IMG/VR virus record: IMGVR_UViG_3300045988_081376 | Reading direction: 5' to 3' (one strand) | DNA length: 64,000 bases | Source: a virus | In this document: one piece after another, positions 49,255 through 58,670 of the stretch | Layout of the letters: every line of letters starts with the position of its first letter | Position numbering within the stretch: position 1 is the stretch's first letter | The notes under the pieces: model-generated | The model's database searches: none | What the model saw: the letters and a program-made list of their open reading frames with translations, nothing else | Told to the model about the DNA's origin: nothing | Made by a program: the position numbers and the translations under genes

Positions 49255-49255
49255 T

Positions 49256-50575
49256 TTAGATTCCCTCCAGTCGGATGCTTGCGCTCGCGCTTGCATTGCC
49301 GCATTTTGCCGTCACCGTCAGCGGCGTTTCGCTGCCGCCCCAGTTCTGTATCGTCACCTGATTCCCGAGCACTGCGGCGGTATAAGCGTCCTCGCTCGCA
49401 CCGGAAATTTCCCATGTCACGGCGTCGTCTTTCTTTTCTCCGCCTTCGTAGCAGGCTGCCCGCAGCGTTGCCGCGTCGTAAGCGCCGATTATTTCGGGCG
49501 GCTCGGTGAGGAATCTGACCTCTGCGCCGCTCTTTTCATCTGCAACGGTCAGTGTGATCTTGCTTTCGATCTCCGGGTTCTGTGCCAGCCGCGCTGTGAT
49601 CGTGCAGCTTCCAGCGCCCACAGCGGTCACAAGTCCGCCCGCATCCACGCTCGCCACCGTTTCGTCGCTCGTCTCCCAGAAATACGAAACCGGATGCTTT
49701 TCGTCTCCGCCCGCCACCGCTTCGCCGCAGCGGATGGATTCTGCCGCCATCTGCGCGGTTCCCCCCGCGCGCAGCACCGTCGCGCCGGAGATTCGGATTT
49801 CCCACGAAAAGGTTTTCCCGCCCGCAACTCTGCGTGCAAGGTCGTCTATCGTTTCGTCCGGTTCCTGAATGCGCGCCGCAAAATACAAAAGATGCGTGCT
49901 CTCGTCTTCGCCGGTGAATTCCTGCGTCACGTCGCTGTATCCTGTGATTTGGAACGCCCTGCGCCCCAGGATCAATCGGCTGTTCTGATCCAGCTCATCC
50001 GTCTCAGGGTTCTTCTGGCAGATGATGTTGAAGTATCCCTGCATGATGAGCGAAACGCCCTGAAAGTCGTTTGCCGTCGCCATCGCCTGCTGTTTTTCCA
50101 CAAGGATGGGTTCCTTGCGCACCCTGCCGTACCAGTCCAGATGGTTCCATGTTGCGTTGCATCGGCGCATGATGCCGCTTCCTGCCACGCTTGAAAGGTT
50201 GGATGGGTTCGTCGCAAGCCACGTTGACCCCATTGTTTCGATCTTTGCTCCCTCTGGGATGTAGTCGACACCGCGGTCTGCCAGCAGGTATTCCTTCTGG
50301 TCATCCGTCTTTCTTGTCAGGCTTGCACCCTGCTTGATCGTATCGCTGATGCGCATTTTCTGCCCGCGCCATGCGTAAAAGTCGCCCGGCACCAGCCCCT
50401 GCACCTGCGCGTCCACAAAATCGGTCGCGTACTTCGCGCGCTCTGCGTAAAAGAGCGCCGCCGCGTCGCCGCCGTATTGCTTTTGCCGGCCGCTGTATTG
50501 CTTCGGCGCATTGGTGCGGCGTACCGCCGTGCCGCCGAGCAGCGTCACGTTTCGGATGACGTCGTTCTCGCTCAT
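49256..50575 (-). CDS. Structural protein with C-terminal Ig-like (Big_2-like) repeats
   Basis: 439 aa. VASVDAGGLVTAVGAGSCTITARL and AVTWEISGASEDAYTAAVLGNQVTIQNWGGSETPLTVTAKC resemble bacterial Ig-like domains. Confidence 0.6.
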   Translation of the reverse strand: MSENDVIRNVTLLGGTAVRRTNAPKQYSGRQKQYGGDAAALFYAERAKYATDFVDAQVQGLVPGDFYAWRGQKMRISDTIKQGASLTRKTDDQKEYLLADRGVDYIPEGAKIETMGSTWLATNPSNLSSVAGSGIMRRCNATWNHLDWYGRVRKEPILVEKQQAMATANDFQGVSLIMQGYFNIICQKNPETDELDQNSRLILGRRAFQITGYSDVTQEFTGEDESTHLLYFAARIQEPDETIDDLARRVAGGKTFSWEIRISGATVLRAGGTAQMAAESIRCGEAVAGGDEKHPVSYFWETSDETVASVDAGGLVTAVGAGSCTITARLAQNPEIESKITLTVADEKSGAEVRFLTEPPEIIGAYDAATLRAACYEGGEKKDDAVTWEISGASEDAYTAAVLGNQVTIQNWGGSETPLTVTAKCGNASASASIRLEGI

Positions 50576-51285
50576 ACAAATCCCTCCCTGCGGTTCCCTG
50601 CGCGGAAAGCGTTGTAGTACGCGCAGTCTTGTTCGTATTTGCGCAGCTCTTCATTGAGAAGACTTCGGTTTGCCATCTTTTTCTTCACGCTTTTTTCCAT
50701 GTATTGCGGCTCGTTCGGCGCTTCAAAACTCCTGTCGTGCGCCTTGGCAACGTCAGCCAGCCAGTCGCGGAAGAAATGTTCGTCCCACGTGCTCGCCACG
50801 CACAGCCCGAGGATGCGCTTTTGCGTCGCCGTCAGTTCATTTGCAAAGGCGCCGTCTCGGTAAAAATCCATCGAATATTCCACGCCTGCCGCGTCCTGTG
50901 CCGCAAATGTCACGATCCCCGTTTCCGCGTCGTAGCTCGCGCCGTGATACGTTGTTTCTACCGCCTCGCCGCTGTCGAGCCATTCAATCTTCACGCAGGA
51001 AAAAACGCTGTAGCCGGTCTTCCCAGTCGCCACCTGCGTTTCCTCCATCGTGCTTTCGCCGGTCGATACCCAACTTGCTTCATCCCACGAAGGGAGCGTC
51101 ATATCCAGCTCCAACCACTGCCTGATCTCGGGAGGGCGGTTGAAGATGGGGATCGCATTTTTCATGTAAAGCGCCATTTTTCGGAAAAACCGCGCAGGGT
51201 TTTCCTGCGCCAGCTCGATCAGCCGCACATCGTTAATATCCGTCATTGCGTTTTCGCCGATGATCTCGCTCCACTTCGTTCCCAT
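50572..51285 (-). CDS. Hypothetical head/neck protein
   Basis: 237-aa ORF with a 4-nt overlap to the downstream gene. Confidence 0.55.
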   Translation of the reverse strand: MGTKWSEIIGENAMTDINDVRLIELAQENPARFFRKMALYMKNAIPIFNRPPEIRQWLELDMTLPSWDEASWVSTGESTMEETQVATGKTGYSVFSCVKIEWLDSGEAVETTYHGASYDAETGIVTFAAQDAAGVEYSMDFYRDGAFANELTATQKRILGLCVASTWDEHFFRDWLADVAKAHDRSFEAPNEPQYMEKSVKKKMANRSLLNEELRKYEQDCAYYNAFRAGNRREGFV

Positions 51286-51289
51286 CGTG

Positions 51290-51433
51290 TTATCCTTTCT
51301 TGCTGTGCCCCTTTTCGCAGCCCCAGCAGACCATCCGTCCCTCCGGTATGATCTCTCCGCAGCAGACGCAGCGGTTATCCGCTTCCGGAATCCAGCGTTC
51401 CTCCGCGCAGCAGTTCATATCCCGCTCACTCAT
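51290..51433 (-). CDS. Small zinc-ribbon protein (47 aa, below ORF-track cutoff)
   Basis: Own translation: MSERDMNCCAEERWIPEADNRCVCCGEIIPEGRMVCWGCEKGHSKKG. Confidence 0.45.
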   Translation of the reverse strand: MSERDMNCCAEERWIPEADNRCVCCGEIIPEGRMVCWGCEKGHSKKG

Positions 51434-51438
51434 AGCGC

Positions 51439-51615
51439 TCACTCATTCCCGCTCTCCGCGTCCGTCGCCACCCCATACCGCTCAAACATTGCGCGGATGG
51501 CGGGATTGCGCAGCAGCTTTTTCCGCTGGCCTTGGTTGAGGTCGTTGTAGACCGCTTGCAGTGCGGCCTTGACCTCCGTGTTGTACGCAATCACGCGCTC
51601 TCGCAGATCGCTCAT
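51439..51615 (-). CDS. Small hypothetical protein (58 aa, below ORF-track cutoff)
   Basis: Own translation: MSDLRERVIAYNTEVKAALQAVYNDLNQGQRKKLLRNPAIRAMFERYGVATDAESGNE. Its ATG overlaps the upstream stop (ATGA). Confidence 0.5.
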   Translation of the reverse strand: MSDLRERVIAYNTEVKAALQAVYNDLNQGQRKKLLRNPAIRAMFERYGVATDAESGNE

Positions 51616-51797
51616 GCCGTCACCCCCGACAGCAGCGCCTCCATTGCTTCGCGCAACTCGGCGTTGTCCTGCTCCAGCGCGGCAATGCGTTCCTCGGGCG
51701 AAGGTTCGGGCGCGGGCTGTTCTGCCGCCAGCTTTTCCAGCTCCGCGATTTCCTCAACGGTTAGATCGCGGTAGATGCCATTTTCACAAATTCTCAT
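51612..51797 (-). CDS. Small hypothetical protein
   Basis: MRICENGIYRDLTVEEIAELEKLAAEQPAPEPSPEERIAALEQDNAELREAMEALLSGVTA. ATGA overlap with the upstream stop. Confidence 0.55.
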   Translation of the reverse strand: MRICENGIYRDLTVEEIAELEKLAAEQPAPEPSPEERIAALEQDNAELREAMEALLSGVTA

Positions 51798-52540
51798 GCT
51801 CTCACTCCCCAAATTTCATATTTGCAACCGACGGCCATGTTACCATCTCCCATCATGACCCCGATGTGCACATTGTTGATTAAATGGTTGAGTGGGTCTT
51901 TTCCGTATACGTTTTCTGTAGGGGTATAATGTCTGTGAACCCCCATTAGCACTTGGCAGTCTGCTGACTGCCAATTAATACCAGCTACTTCCCAAAACAG
52001 CATTGGCATTGTTTTCTCACGAAGCACATACCATAGATTCACCTTTGGATTTTCTTTGCCAAAAAACACTTCAACGGAGTACGAATCGTAATCGTTATAG
52101 CTAGCCCAACATCTCGCTGAAACGTTCATGCAAGATGCTTTGGTGACATCGATATCTCCTCTAACAAGGATTTGCGCGCTTTTGAGTGAAAACGGAAGGC
52201 CATTGTTGTCTTTGGTGATCTCCAGGATTGCAGTCTCCTGCATCTCACCGGATGCAATCAACTCCCACGTCTCGCCCCCCGCCATCTCCACCGGCTCCCA
52301 CTTGGTCGGCTTGCCGTCGGTGTCCACCGCCGTGATTTTGGCGATTTGGCCGGGCGTTGCACCCGTGATGCCGAGGGAGAGGTCGGAGCCGATGTACGTT
52401 CCCTCGATCTGCTCTCCTGCCGCATTATGTGCGGTAGCGCCAGCAAGAAGCGTCTGCGGTGTCACGCTGTCTTTTGTCAGGTCAAGCCTCGTAACGCCGT
52501 CAACAACGACCTTATTAACAGATTTCATTCCGCCTGCCAT
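51794..52540 (-). CDS. Fibre-like protein, paralogous N-terminus to 52591-53184, with low-GC C-terminal domain
   Basis: NKVVVDGVTRLDLTKDSVTPQTLLAGATAHNAAGEQIEGT aligns with NKLIVGGVTKFDLTQDDITPDKLAKGIKAHDKSGAPIVGT. The C-terminal ~140 aa are encoded by ~43% GC DNA. Confidence 0.6.
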   Translation of the reverse strand: MAGGMKSVNKVVVDGVTRLDLTKDSVTPQTLLAGATAHNAAGEQIEGTYIGSDLSLGITGATPGQIAKITAVDTDGKPTKWEPVEMAGGETWELIASGEMQETAILEITKDNNGLPFSLKSAQILVRGDIDVTKASCMNVSARCWASYNDYDSYSVEVFFGKENPKVNLWYVLREKTMPMLFWEVAGINWQSADCQVLMGVHRHYTPTENVYGKDPLNHLINNVHIGVMMGDGNMAVGCKYEIWGVRA

Positions 52541-52590
52541 TCCGTTCCCGCCCTTCCTTTAATATTGAATCAAAAACCCGCATCTTCTTG

Positions 52591-53184
52591 TCACGCCGCT
52601 GTGCCAATAGTCAGCGTCACTCCACCAGCATCATTGTCAGTCTCCGTCATGGGGATTGGGTTAACCGTCACCTGCGACAAGCAGTTGTAGTTGGCATCCG
52701 GCAGAACCTCCTGCTTTTCAAAGGTTGGAGTCACAGTCTTTGCTTGTGGCTTCATCCCCTCTGAACCGCTCATCGCCCCCTCAACACCGAGCACCGTCAC
52801 GCCTTCGCGGATGTTGGAGGGGATCAGCTTCGCAGCCTCTGCCGCCGCGATCTGCGCCTTGCCGCTGCCATCGTTGTAGCCCATCGGGACGGGCACCGGA
52901 GTATTGACATCTACGATGTCCAGCTCCGAGCCGTTGTTATTCGGCATCGTACCGGTCAGCTTCTTGCCGCCAACATAGGCTACCTTGCCGTTCAGGATCT
53001 CCGCCGCAGTCGCGGTACCGTCGCTGGTATCGGCGTCAAAGGTGTTCGTACCGACAATAGGTGCGCCCGACTTGTCGTGCGCCTTGATTCCCTTTGCCAG
53101 TTTGTCGGGAGTGATATCGTCCTGTGTCAGATCAAATTTCGTCACACCACCGACGATCAGTTTGTTTACATACTGATTAGCCAT
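52591..53184 (-). CDS. Fibre-like protein (shares motifs with the tail fibre 36199-36972)
   Basis: 197 aa. Shares its N-terminal motif with 51794-52540. C-terminal CLSQVTVNPIP matches LSKVTVNPMP of the tail fibre. Confidence 0.6.
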   Translation of the reverse strand: MANQYVNKLIVGGVTKFDLTQDDITPDKLAKGIKAHDKSGAPIVGTNTFDADTSDGTATAAEILNGKVAYVGGKKLTGTMPNNNGSELDIVDVNTPVPVPMGYNDGSGKAQIAAAEAAKLIPSNIREGVTVLGVEGAMSGSEGMKPQAKTVTPTFEKQEVLPDANYNCLSQVTVNPIPMTETDNDAGGVTLTIGTAA

Positions 53185-53806
53185 CTTGCATCTCTCCTAA
53201 TATAAACGTGATCCCCCCCGCAGTGTTAGACACTTCGTAAGTGGGGATTTTGGATACCGTTACATCGTCCAACATGAGTTTGTTCTTTGTTTGTATCACC
53301 ACAGCGTTTTCCAGCTGAGGCTTCACATCGTATGGGCCTTTGTATTCCTCTCCGCTTCCCGCTCGAACGCTTGCGGCTTCTACAATTACCATGACTGTAG
53401 TTATATTCCGCGCGCCTGTTTCCTGTGCTTTGCTGTCTTTTCCCTTTTCGCTCATCCCGCTTTGCGGCAGGATGGCGCGGCTCAGGCTCGCGCTGAGCCT
53501 GACCGCTTCGCCTTTTCCGCCGATTACCTTCCCGTCGCGGAAGGAAACGCGCGCCTGCACCTCCTGCGGTCTGCTTGCCATCGAAAAGGTCTGCTTCTGC
53601 GTCAATGGCATATACCAGTACCCATCCTGATACTGTACGCCGCCATCCGGCCATGTTCTTATGATCTTGCCAATGGTGACTTCCACGCAGACGCACATCT
53701 CGCTAGTGATGAGCGTCCCGTCCAGCGCTGCAATTTTCAGTTTTACAGGGTACGAATCCCCCTGCATCATGCTCACCACGCGATATCCCCCTCTTTCTTT
53801 TGGCAC
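53177..53806 (-). CDS. Hypothetical virion protein
   Basis: 209-aa ORF with an 8-nt overlap to the downstream gene. Confidence 0.55.
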   Translation of the reverse strand: MPKERGGYRVVSMMQGDSYPVKLKIAALDGTLITSEMCVCVEVTIGKIIRTWPDGGVQYQDGYWYMPLTQKQTFSMASRPQEVQARVSFRDGKVIGGKGEAVRLSASLSRAILPQSGMSEKGKDSKAQETGARNITTVMVIVEAASVRAGSGEEYKGPYDVKPQLENAVVIQTKNKLMLDDVTVSKIPTYEVSNTAGGITFILGEMQDG

Positions 53807-53824
53807 GTCCGCTTGCGTTTCGCG

Positions 53825-54673
53825 TTATCTCGCGTCGCGCGCGTTCATTTCTTCGATGATGTGGATAAAGTCGCCGCGCTCGTGTCCCTCGCGTCGGCTC
53901 AGGTCGTTCAGTTTGACCGCGCGCTCGCGCGTCACATAGGGGCTGCCTGCGGCAAATGCGTCCGCGTAGCGCTGCGCCACCATCTGCTTGTGCCCTTCGC
54001 ACAGCGCGGGATACAGTTCAAGCAGTTCGTCGCCCAGCTCCACCATCTTGGCAAACGCCTTGCGGTCGAGCACCTCGCCCTCCTTGTAGTCCACGCCCAG
54101 CGTTTCTCGTTCCTCGTCGGTCAGGCCATTCACCACGATCAGCCAGCGGTCTTCAAGGAACTTTCTGTTCATGCTCGTCAGGATGCGGCTCAGGTCGTTC
54201 TTGGGCACATAAAAGCTGCCCGTCTTGCCAACGATGCTGCCATACATTCCTCCGTCGCCAAACTGCACGGTGTTGTCGTCTGCCACCTCTGCCATCCAGA
54301 GGAACTGTACCTTCTGCGCATCCGCGCCATACTGCACGATCTGCGTCATCGCCTGCGGCGCATTTTTCATCGCCTCTGCCACGGCGCTCGCCGCCGCCTG
54401 ACGCGCGATCTCTGCCACTTCTTCCTCGGTGTAGAGTTTCTGCGCAACGGCTTCCTTCTCCACCGTCACGCTCTCGCCCTTCATCGCCGGTTCCGGCTCC
54501 GTCAGGGGCGTTTCGCTGCCGCCGTCACTGATGACGGTCGCTTCGTCCGCCGGGACTTCAAAGGCCGTTCCGTCTTCCGCCGCGCCCACGATGCCCTCCG
54601 TACCGACCTCGCTCTCCTGCTCAATGATCTTCGCGGCCTGCTCCGCCGCGCTCTTAGTCGTCTTCTTGCCCAT
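53825..54673 (-). CDS. Hypothetical head-associated protein
   Basis: From MGKKTTKSAAEQAAKIIEQESE, after aaaggag. Acidic N-terminal region. Confidence 0.55.
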   Translation of the reverse strand: MGKKTTKSAAEQAAKIIEQESEVGTEGIVGAAEDGTAFEVPADEATVISDGGSETPLTEPEPAMKGESVTVEKEAVAQKLYTEEEVAEIARQAAASAVAEAMKNAPQAMTQIVQYGADAQKVQFLWMAEVADDNTVQFGDGGMYGSIVGKTGSFYVPKNDLSRILTSMNRKFLEDRWLIVVNGLTDEERETLGVDYKEGEVLDRKAFAKMVELGDELLELYPALCEGHKQMVAQRYADAFAAGSPYVTRERAVKLNDLSRREGHERGDFIHIIEEMNARDAR

Positions 54674-54861
54674 CGTTTTATCTCCTTTCAGAATAATGGT
54701 ATTCATCTCCCCGCTTAAAGGCAGGGGATTTCCGTTTGGAGCGGCGAGACGGTATCGAGCCGTCACGCGTCCGCGATGTTGCCTATAGCCACCGCTTTCG
54801 CTGCTGCATCAGCACGCCGCGTATGGGCGGGAGGGTTTGCCCCTCCCGCTTTTCGCCGTTA

Positions 54862-56085
54862 TCAGGAAACAGTGATGTGGGCAATCTTGCTGGAGAACGT
54901 GGCCACCGTGTCGAGCGCGATGGTGACGTTCATTCCAATCTCGAAGTCCGCGGACTTCGTGGGGTCCATCTCAATGGTGATGGGCGTTCCCGCCGTGTAG
55001 CCGATGGTCATCGGCTTTCTGCCGCTCGAGGACATCATGTAGATGTCGGTATCGGAGAGCAGCGTCTCGGGCGCAGTGTTCTGCGTGCCGGGGACGATCA
55101 CATCCTGCATCGGCATCAGGCGAACCGCCATGAACTCGCCGAGATAGCCGCTGCGGGTGTAGTCCGCGCCGAGCAGCGTTGCGATGGCGGCGTCCATGTT
55201 CACGTTCGTAGAGCCGGTCACATTCGTCGGCAGCACCTTGGAGAGTGCCACCATGCTTCCGGTCGCAAACAGGCTGGAAATGCGCGTTGCGTTCAGCGCA
55301 GATACCTTGTTTGCCGCCTTCACCCAGTTCTGGGTGTCGAACGTGTAGTTCAGGTTCGCGGGGATCAGGGAAGCGTCGCCCTTGGCGATGTTCATTGCCT
55401 GATTCCACATGCCCATGGTCTTGGCGTACATGCCGGCGGCGATATTCGCAAAGAAGTCACCGAAGTCCATGTTGTTGCCGACCAGCTGAATCCACTTCGC
55501 CGTGATCCAGCAGCTCTTGGGCTGCGGGTTCAGTGCGTAATCACGGCTGTAGAAGCGGTTGCGCGGCACGCTGCGCGAAGCGCCCCAGCTCGAATCCTGA
55601 AATACAGGAATGTCGTTGCTGCCGATGCTGACCATGTACGTCTGACCGAAGTCGACCTCCACGGTATCGGCAAACAGACTGACGGCCTCGGAGTAGACCG
55701 CCGGAAGAATGGGGCGCAGGATCTCCATATAGATTCCCTGCTGCACACGGTAGAACGCCTCGTTTCCGTAGAAACGTCCGCCGTCGCGCTTGAAATCCTC
55801 CCAGCTCTTCGGGGCGTTCTCGCCGGTCTGTGCGCAGGCGATCTTCGCCGCGTACAGCATGTGGTCGCGCTGGAACTTGTCGTTAAGCTGCTTGTATCCC
55901 GCGTCGGTGGTCATGCGCTGCATCGCGGTGCCGCGTCCGTTCATTGCGGCAAGCATCTCGTTTCTGCCTTTGACCGAGTGCTCAAAAAAGAGGGTGCGGC
56001 CGGCCGCAATGATGTCCTCGCGTTCGTTGTTGCCGTGGACTTCGAAATTGTCCTTCGACACGCTGTTGAGAGTCAGTTTAGCCAT
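54862..56085 (-). CDS. Putative major capsid protein
   Basis: 407 aa. Positioned after the scaffold/decoration-like genes and the portal. Strong hairpin after the stop. No specific family recognised. Confidence 0.6.
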   Translation of the reverse strand: MAKLTLNSVSKDNFEVHGNNEREDIIAAGRTLFFEHSVKGRNEMLAAMNGRGTAMQRMTTDAGYKQLNDKFQRDHMLYAAKIACAQTGENAPKSWEDFKRDGGRFYGNEAFYRVQQGIYMEILRPILPAVYSEAVSLFADTVEVDFGQTYMVSIGSNDIPVFQDSSWGASRSVPRNRFYSRDYALNPQPKSCWITAKWIQLVGNNMDFGDFFANIAAGMYAKTMGMWNQAMNIAKGDASLIPANLNYTFDTQNWVKAANKVSALNATRISSLFATGSMVALSKVLPTNVTGSTNVNMDAAIATLLGADYTRSGYLGEFMAVRLMPMQDVIVPGTQNTAPETLLSDTDIYMMSSSGRKPMTIGYTAGTPITIEMDPTKSADFEIGMNVTIALDTVATFSSKIAHITVS

Positions 56086-56115
56086 TTTCTATTCACTCCT
56101 TCCTTGCTTTTCCGC

Positions 56116-56712
56116 TTAGCCGCCTGCTGCGACGCTCACCTTGCAGGCAGCCAGATCGTAATAGCCGAAGCTTGCGGTCGTGCCCTCGGTGAACTTGCCG
56201 CTGCCGCGCAGCTTGAAATAGATCGAACCGGCCTTGGTGGGTGCCGACGCAGTGGGAACCAGAAGGCCGTTTGCGATGGTGAAGAACGTGTTCTCGCCGA
56301 TGGCGGTGGAAAGATTGCCTTCGCCAAAGCGATAGACGTGCTTGTTGTCAAACACGATTTCGGTAAAGGTTCCGTCGCGTCCGGCGGGGATGCCGAGACC
56401 CAGCGTTTCAGTGCCGATGGCGTAGAGCTGTCCGTTCTTTCCGGCAAGGTGCTGCACCTCATAGGTGTTGGCGGCATACACAGGCGTGTCCACGTTGGCC
56501 GCAGCACCGGCGGCGTTCATATACCATGCGTTCTCGTTCTTGATGCCGGTGAACCCGGCACACGGGAGCTGCTCACCTCTCACGCACAGCAGTCCTGCCG
56601 AGCAGTCCGCGTCCGCGCTGGAGGCCTGATAGCGTCCCGTGATGTTGCAAAGCTCGTTGAACTCGTTGTTCGTGATACGGGCTTCAAATGCAGTTTTAGC
56701 GATATAAGACAT
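56116..56712 (-). CDS. Head-associated protein (decoration or accessory), unassigned
   Basis: 198-aa ORF immediately upstream of the putative capsid gene. Confidence 0.5.
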   Translation of the reverse strand: MSYIAKTAFEARITNNEFNELCNITGRYQASSADADCSAGLLCVRGEQLPCAGFTGIKNENAWYMNAAGAAANVDTPVYAANTYEVQHLAGKNGQLYAIGTETLGLGIPAGRDGTFTEIVFDNKHVYRFGEGNLSTAIGENTFFTIANGLLVPTASAPTKAGSIYFKLRGSGKFTEGTTASFGYYDLAACKVSVAAGG

Positions 56713-56730
56713 TCTTGTTCACTCCTTCCT

Positions 56731-58116
56731 TTAGTTGCCCTGCGGGGTCGTCTCGATGCCCCACTTTTCAAGCAGACTTGCAACGCCCTCGCGCTGCTCT
56801 CCGCTGTTCAGTCGTTCGCCGATGAAGCGGGTCTTCTTTGCGTTTGCGCGCCGTTCGTCTGCTGCCATCACCGCAGCACCGCACACGGCAAGCACCGCGT
56901 CGCGCACCAGTTTCTCGCCGATCCAGTTGCCGTCCTTGTCGAGACTGTTGGCGTAAACGCCCGCCTCCACATCGGCAGAAACGGCGGCGAGCGCATCCTC
57001 GCCGATCTTGTCCTCGCGGTTGCGGTTGAAGGCGTTCAGCGTCTCGGTTAGGGCAGCCTTTGCGGCGTTCATGCGGCGCTTGTTCTCCGTCTCCTGCATG
57101 GCCGCGAGCTGGTTGGTTGCGCTTTCCAGCTGCGCGCGCAGTGCATTGATGTCAGTGTTCTTGTCGCGGATGGACGCGCAGGCGTGCTCGCAGATGTCGC
57201 ACACATCCACGCTCTCTTCGTTCTCCGCGTCGAAGTGGAAGGCTGCCGTCAGGTAGCACGGCTTGATGCGGCTTGCCACGACTTCCCCGTTGTCTTCACT
57301 GTTGAAAACATAGGTGAAAGCCGCGCCGGTCTGGTCGATCAGTCCAACGCGCAGGCCGTCTTCGCTCAGCGCCACGATCTTGTAGCCCTCGAACTTCGGA
57401 GCGAGCTGTTCCGCTGCTTTCTTGTTCATGCTTCTTTTCACTCCTTTTTTAGGGTTTTGTTTGGTTTGCGGCTTTCCGTCGTTCAGCGATGCCGCCCGCA
57501 GTTTCAGCGTTTTGAATTCTTCCTGCATGGCCTTGAGCGCCGCAATGCGCGCGCTCTGGATCGCCGGGGAAACGTCATCCCCCAGAATCGTAACGCCGAT
57601 GCCCGTCCACTCGGTAAATACCGCGTAGCCGTCTTCCTCATGCTCCTTTTCTACCAAGGTCTCCGACGACACGTCCATGCGCCCTGCCCGCACGATCTTG
57701 TCCACCAGTTCCTTGGCGTAGAAAGAGTAGAGCTTTCCCTTCGCCATGATCCATGTATGACCATCCCTTTCCACAAGGGTAAAGTCCTTCGGGTCGTCGG
57801 AAAGCGTTCCGACGATTCGCTCCGCCGTCCCATCGGTGAAGCTGTAGTATTTTTCTCCCGTGCTCTGGTCAATGCGCTCGGCCATATTGTGTCCGTCGCC
57901 GACCTTTGGCCCGATGTAAGCGCACAGGATGGGCTGCCCCACAAATGTCAGGTAATACCGCTCGAGATTGCGGTAGTCCCACTTGTTCCGGTTCCTTCCG
58001 TCGCGCATCAGCCACAGCTCAACGCCGAATTCATACGGGCCGAGCTTTTGCATTACGCGCAGCTCTCCGGAATATTTCACTCGATCAGGCGGTCGTTCTC
58101 TTGTTCTGAATGGCAT
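56731..58116 (-). CDS. Putative scaffold / prohead-protease-like protein
   Basis: 461 aa. Globular N-terminal domain followed by a long coiled coil (ALRAQLESATNQLAAMQETENKRRMNAAKAALTE). Lies between portal and capsid. Confidence 0.45.
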   Translation of the reverse strand: MPFRTRERPPDRVKYSGELRVMQKLGPYEFGVELWLMRDGRNRNKWDYRNLERYYLTFVGQPILCAYIGPKVGDGHNMAERIDQSTGEKYYSFTDGTAERIVGTLSDDPKDFTLVERDGHTWIMAKGKLYSFYAKELVDKIVRAGRMDVSSETLVEKEHEEDGYAVFTEWTGIGVTILGDDVSPAIQSARIAALKAMQEEFKTLKLRAASLNDGKPQTKQNPKKGVKRSMNKKAAEQLAPKFEGYKIVALSEDGLRVGLIDQTGAAFTYVFNSEDNGEVVASRIKPCYLTAAFHFDAENEESVDVCDICEHACASIRDKNTDINALRAQLESATNQLAAMQETENKRRMNAAKAALTETLNAFNRNREDKIGEDALAAVSADVEAGVYANSLDKDGNWIGEKLVRDAVLAVCGAAVMAADERRANAKKTRFIGERLNSGEQREGVASLLEKWGIETTPQGN

Positions 58117-58119
58117 TTT

Positions 58120-58662
58120 TTATTCCCCCTCGTTCTCAAACAGCGTCCGTACCCAATTGTCATAGCTCGTGGCGCTGCCGTCAGTCGCGTCGAACATCTC
58201 CCATGCGTACAGGAACGTCTCGTAGCTCTCGCTGTTCTGCATTTGCAGGTTCTCGAATGCCCTGCCCAGCGGGTAAAGCCCCTGCTCGTCCGAAACGCGC
58301 ACACATTCCTTGAGCGCCGTCTCAATGCGGTCAAGCATTCGGATGATCTCTTCAAAAACGTCATCAAGATTTGCAGGCCGCGCCCGGTATTCCTCTGTTG
58401 CCGGATATTCCTGCATCAGATGCCGCTGGTGCAGAATATCTCCGATCGTATCGAAGCGCTTCGGCTGTTCATGCGCCAGCGCGTGGATCGCGTTCGATAA
58501 GTTCATCAGGCCGAACTCGATCAGCACCCACTCCTTGAGCGTGTCCAGTCCGCGCGCCGCGTCCTGATAGGCTCTCGTTGCGTTCCGCGCCGCGTCGCGC
58601 AGCGGCGCATATCGCGCATCATCGTATGTAAAGATTTCTCTTGCCTTTGCCATCGTCTTCAT
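58120..58662 (-). CDS. Hypothetical helical protein
   Basis: 180-aa ORF between the portal and scaffold-like genes. Confidence 0.55.
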   Translation of the reverse strand: MKTMAKAREIFTYDDARYAPLRDAARNATRAYQDAARGLDTLKEWVLIEFGLMNLSNAIHALAHEQPKRFDTIGDILHQRHLMQEYPATEEYRARPANLDDVFEEIIRMLDRIETALKECVRVSDEQGLYPLGRAFENLQMQNSESYETFLYAWEMFDATDGSATSYDNWVRTLFENEGE

Positions 58663-58670
58663 CTCCTTTT

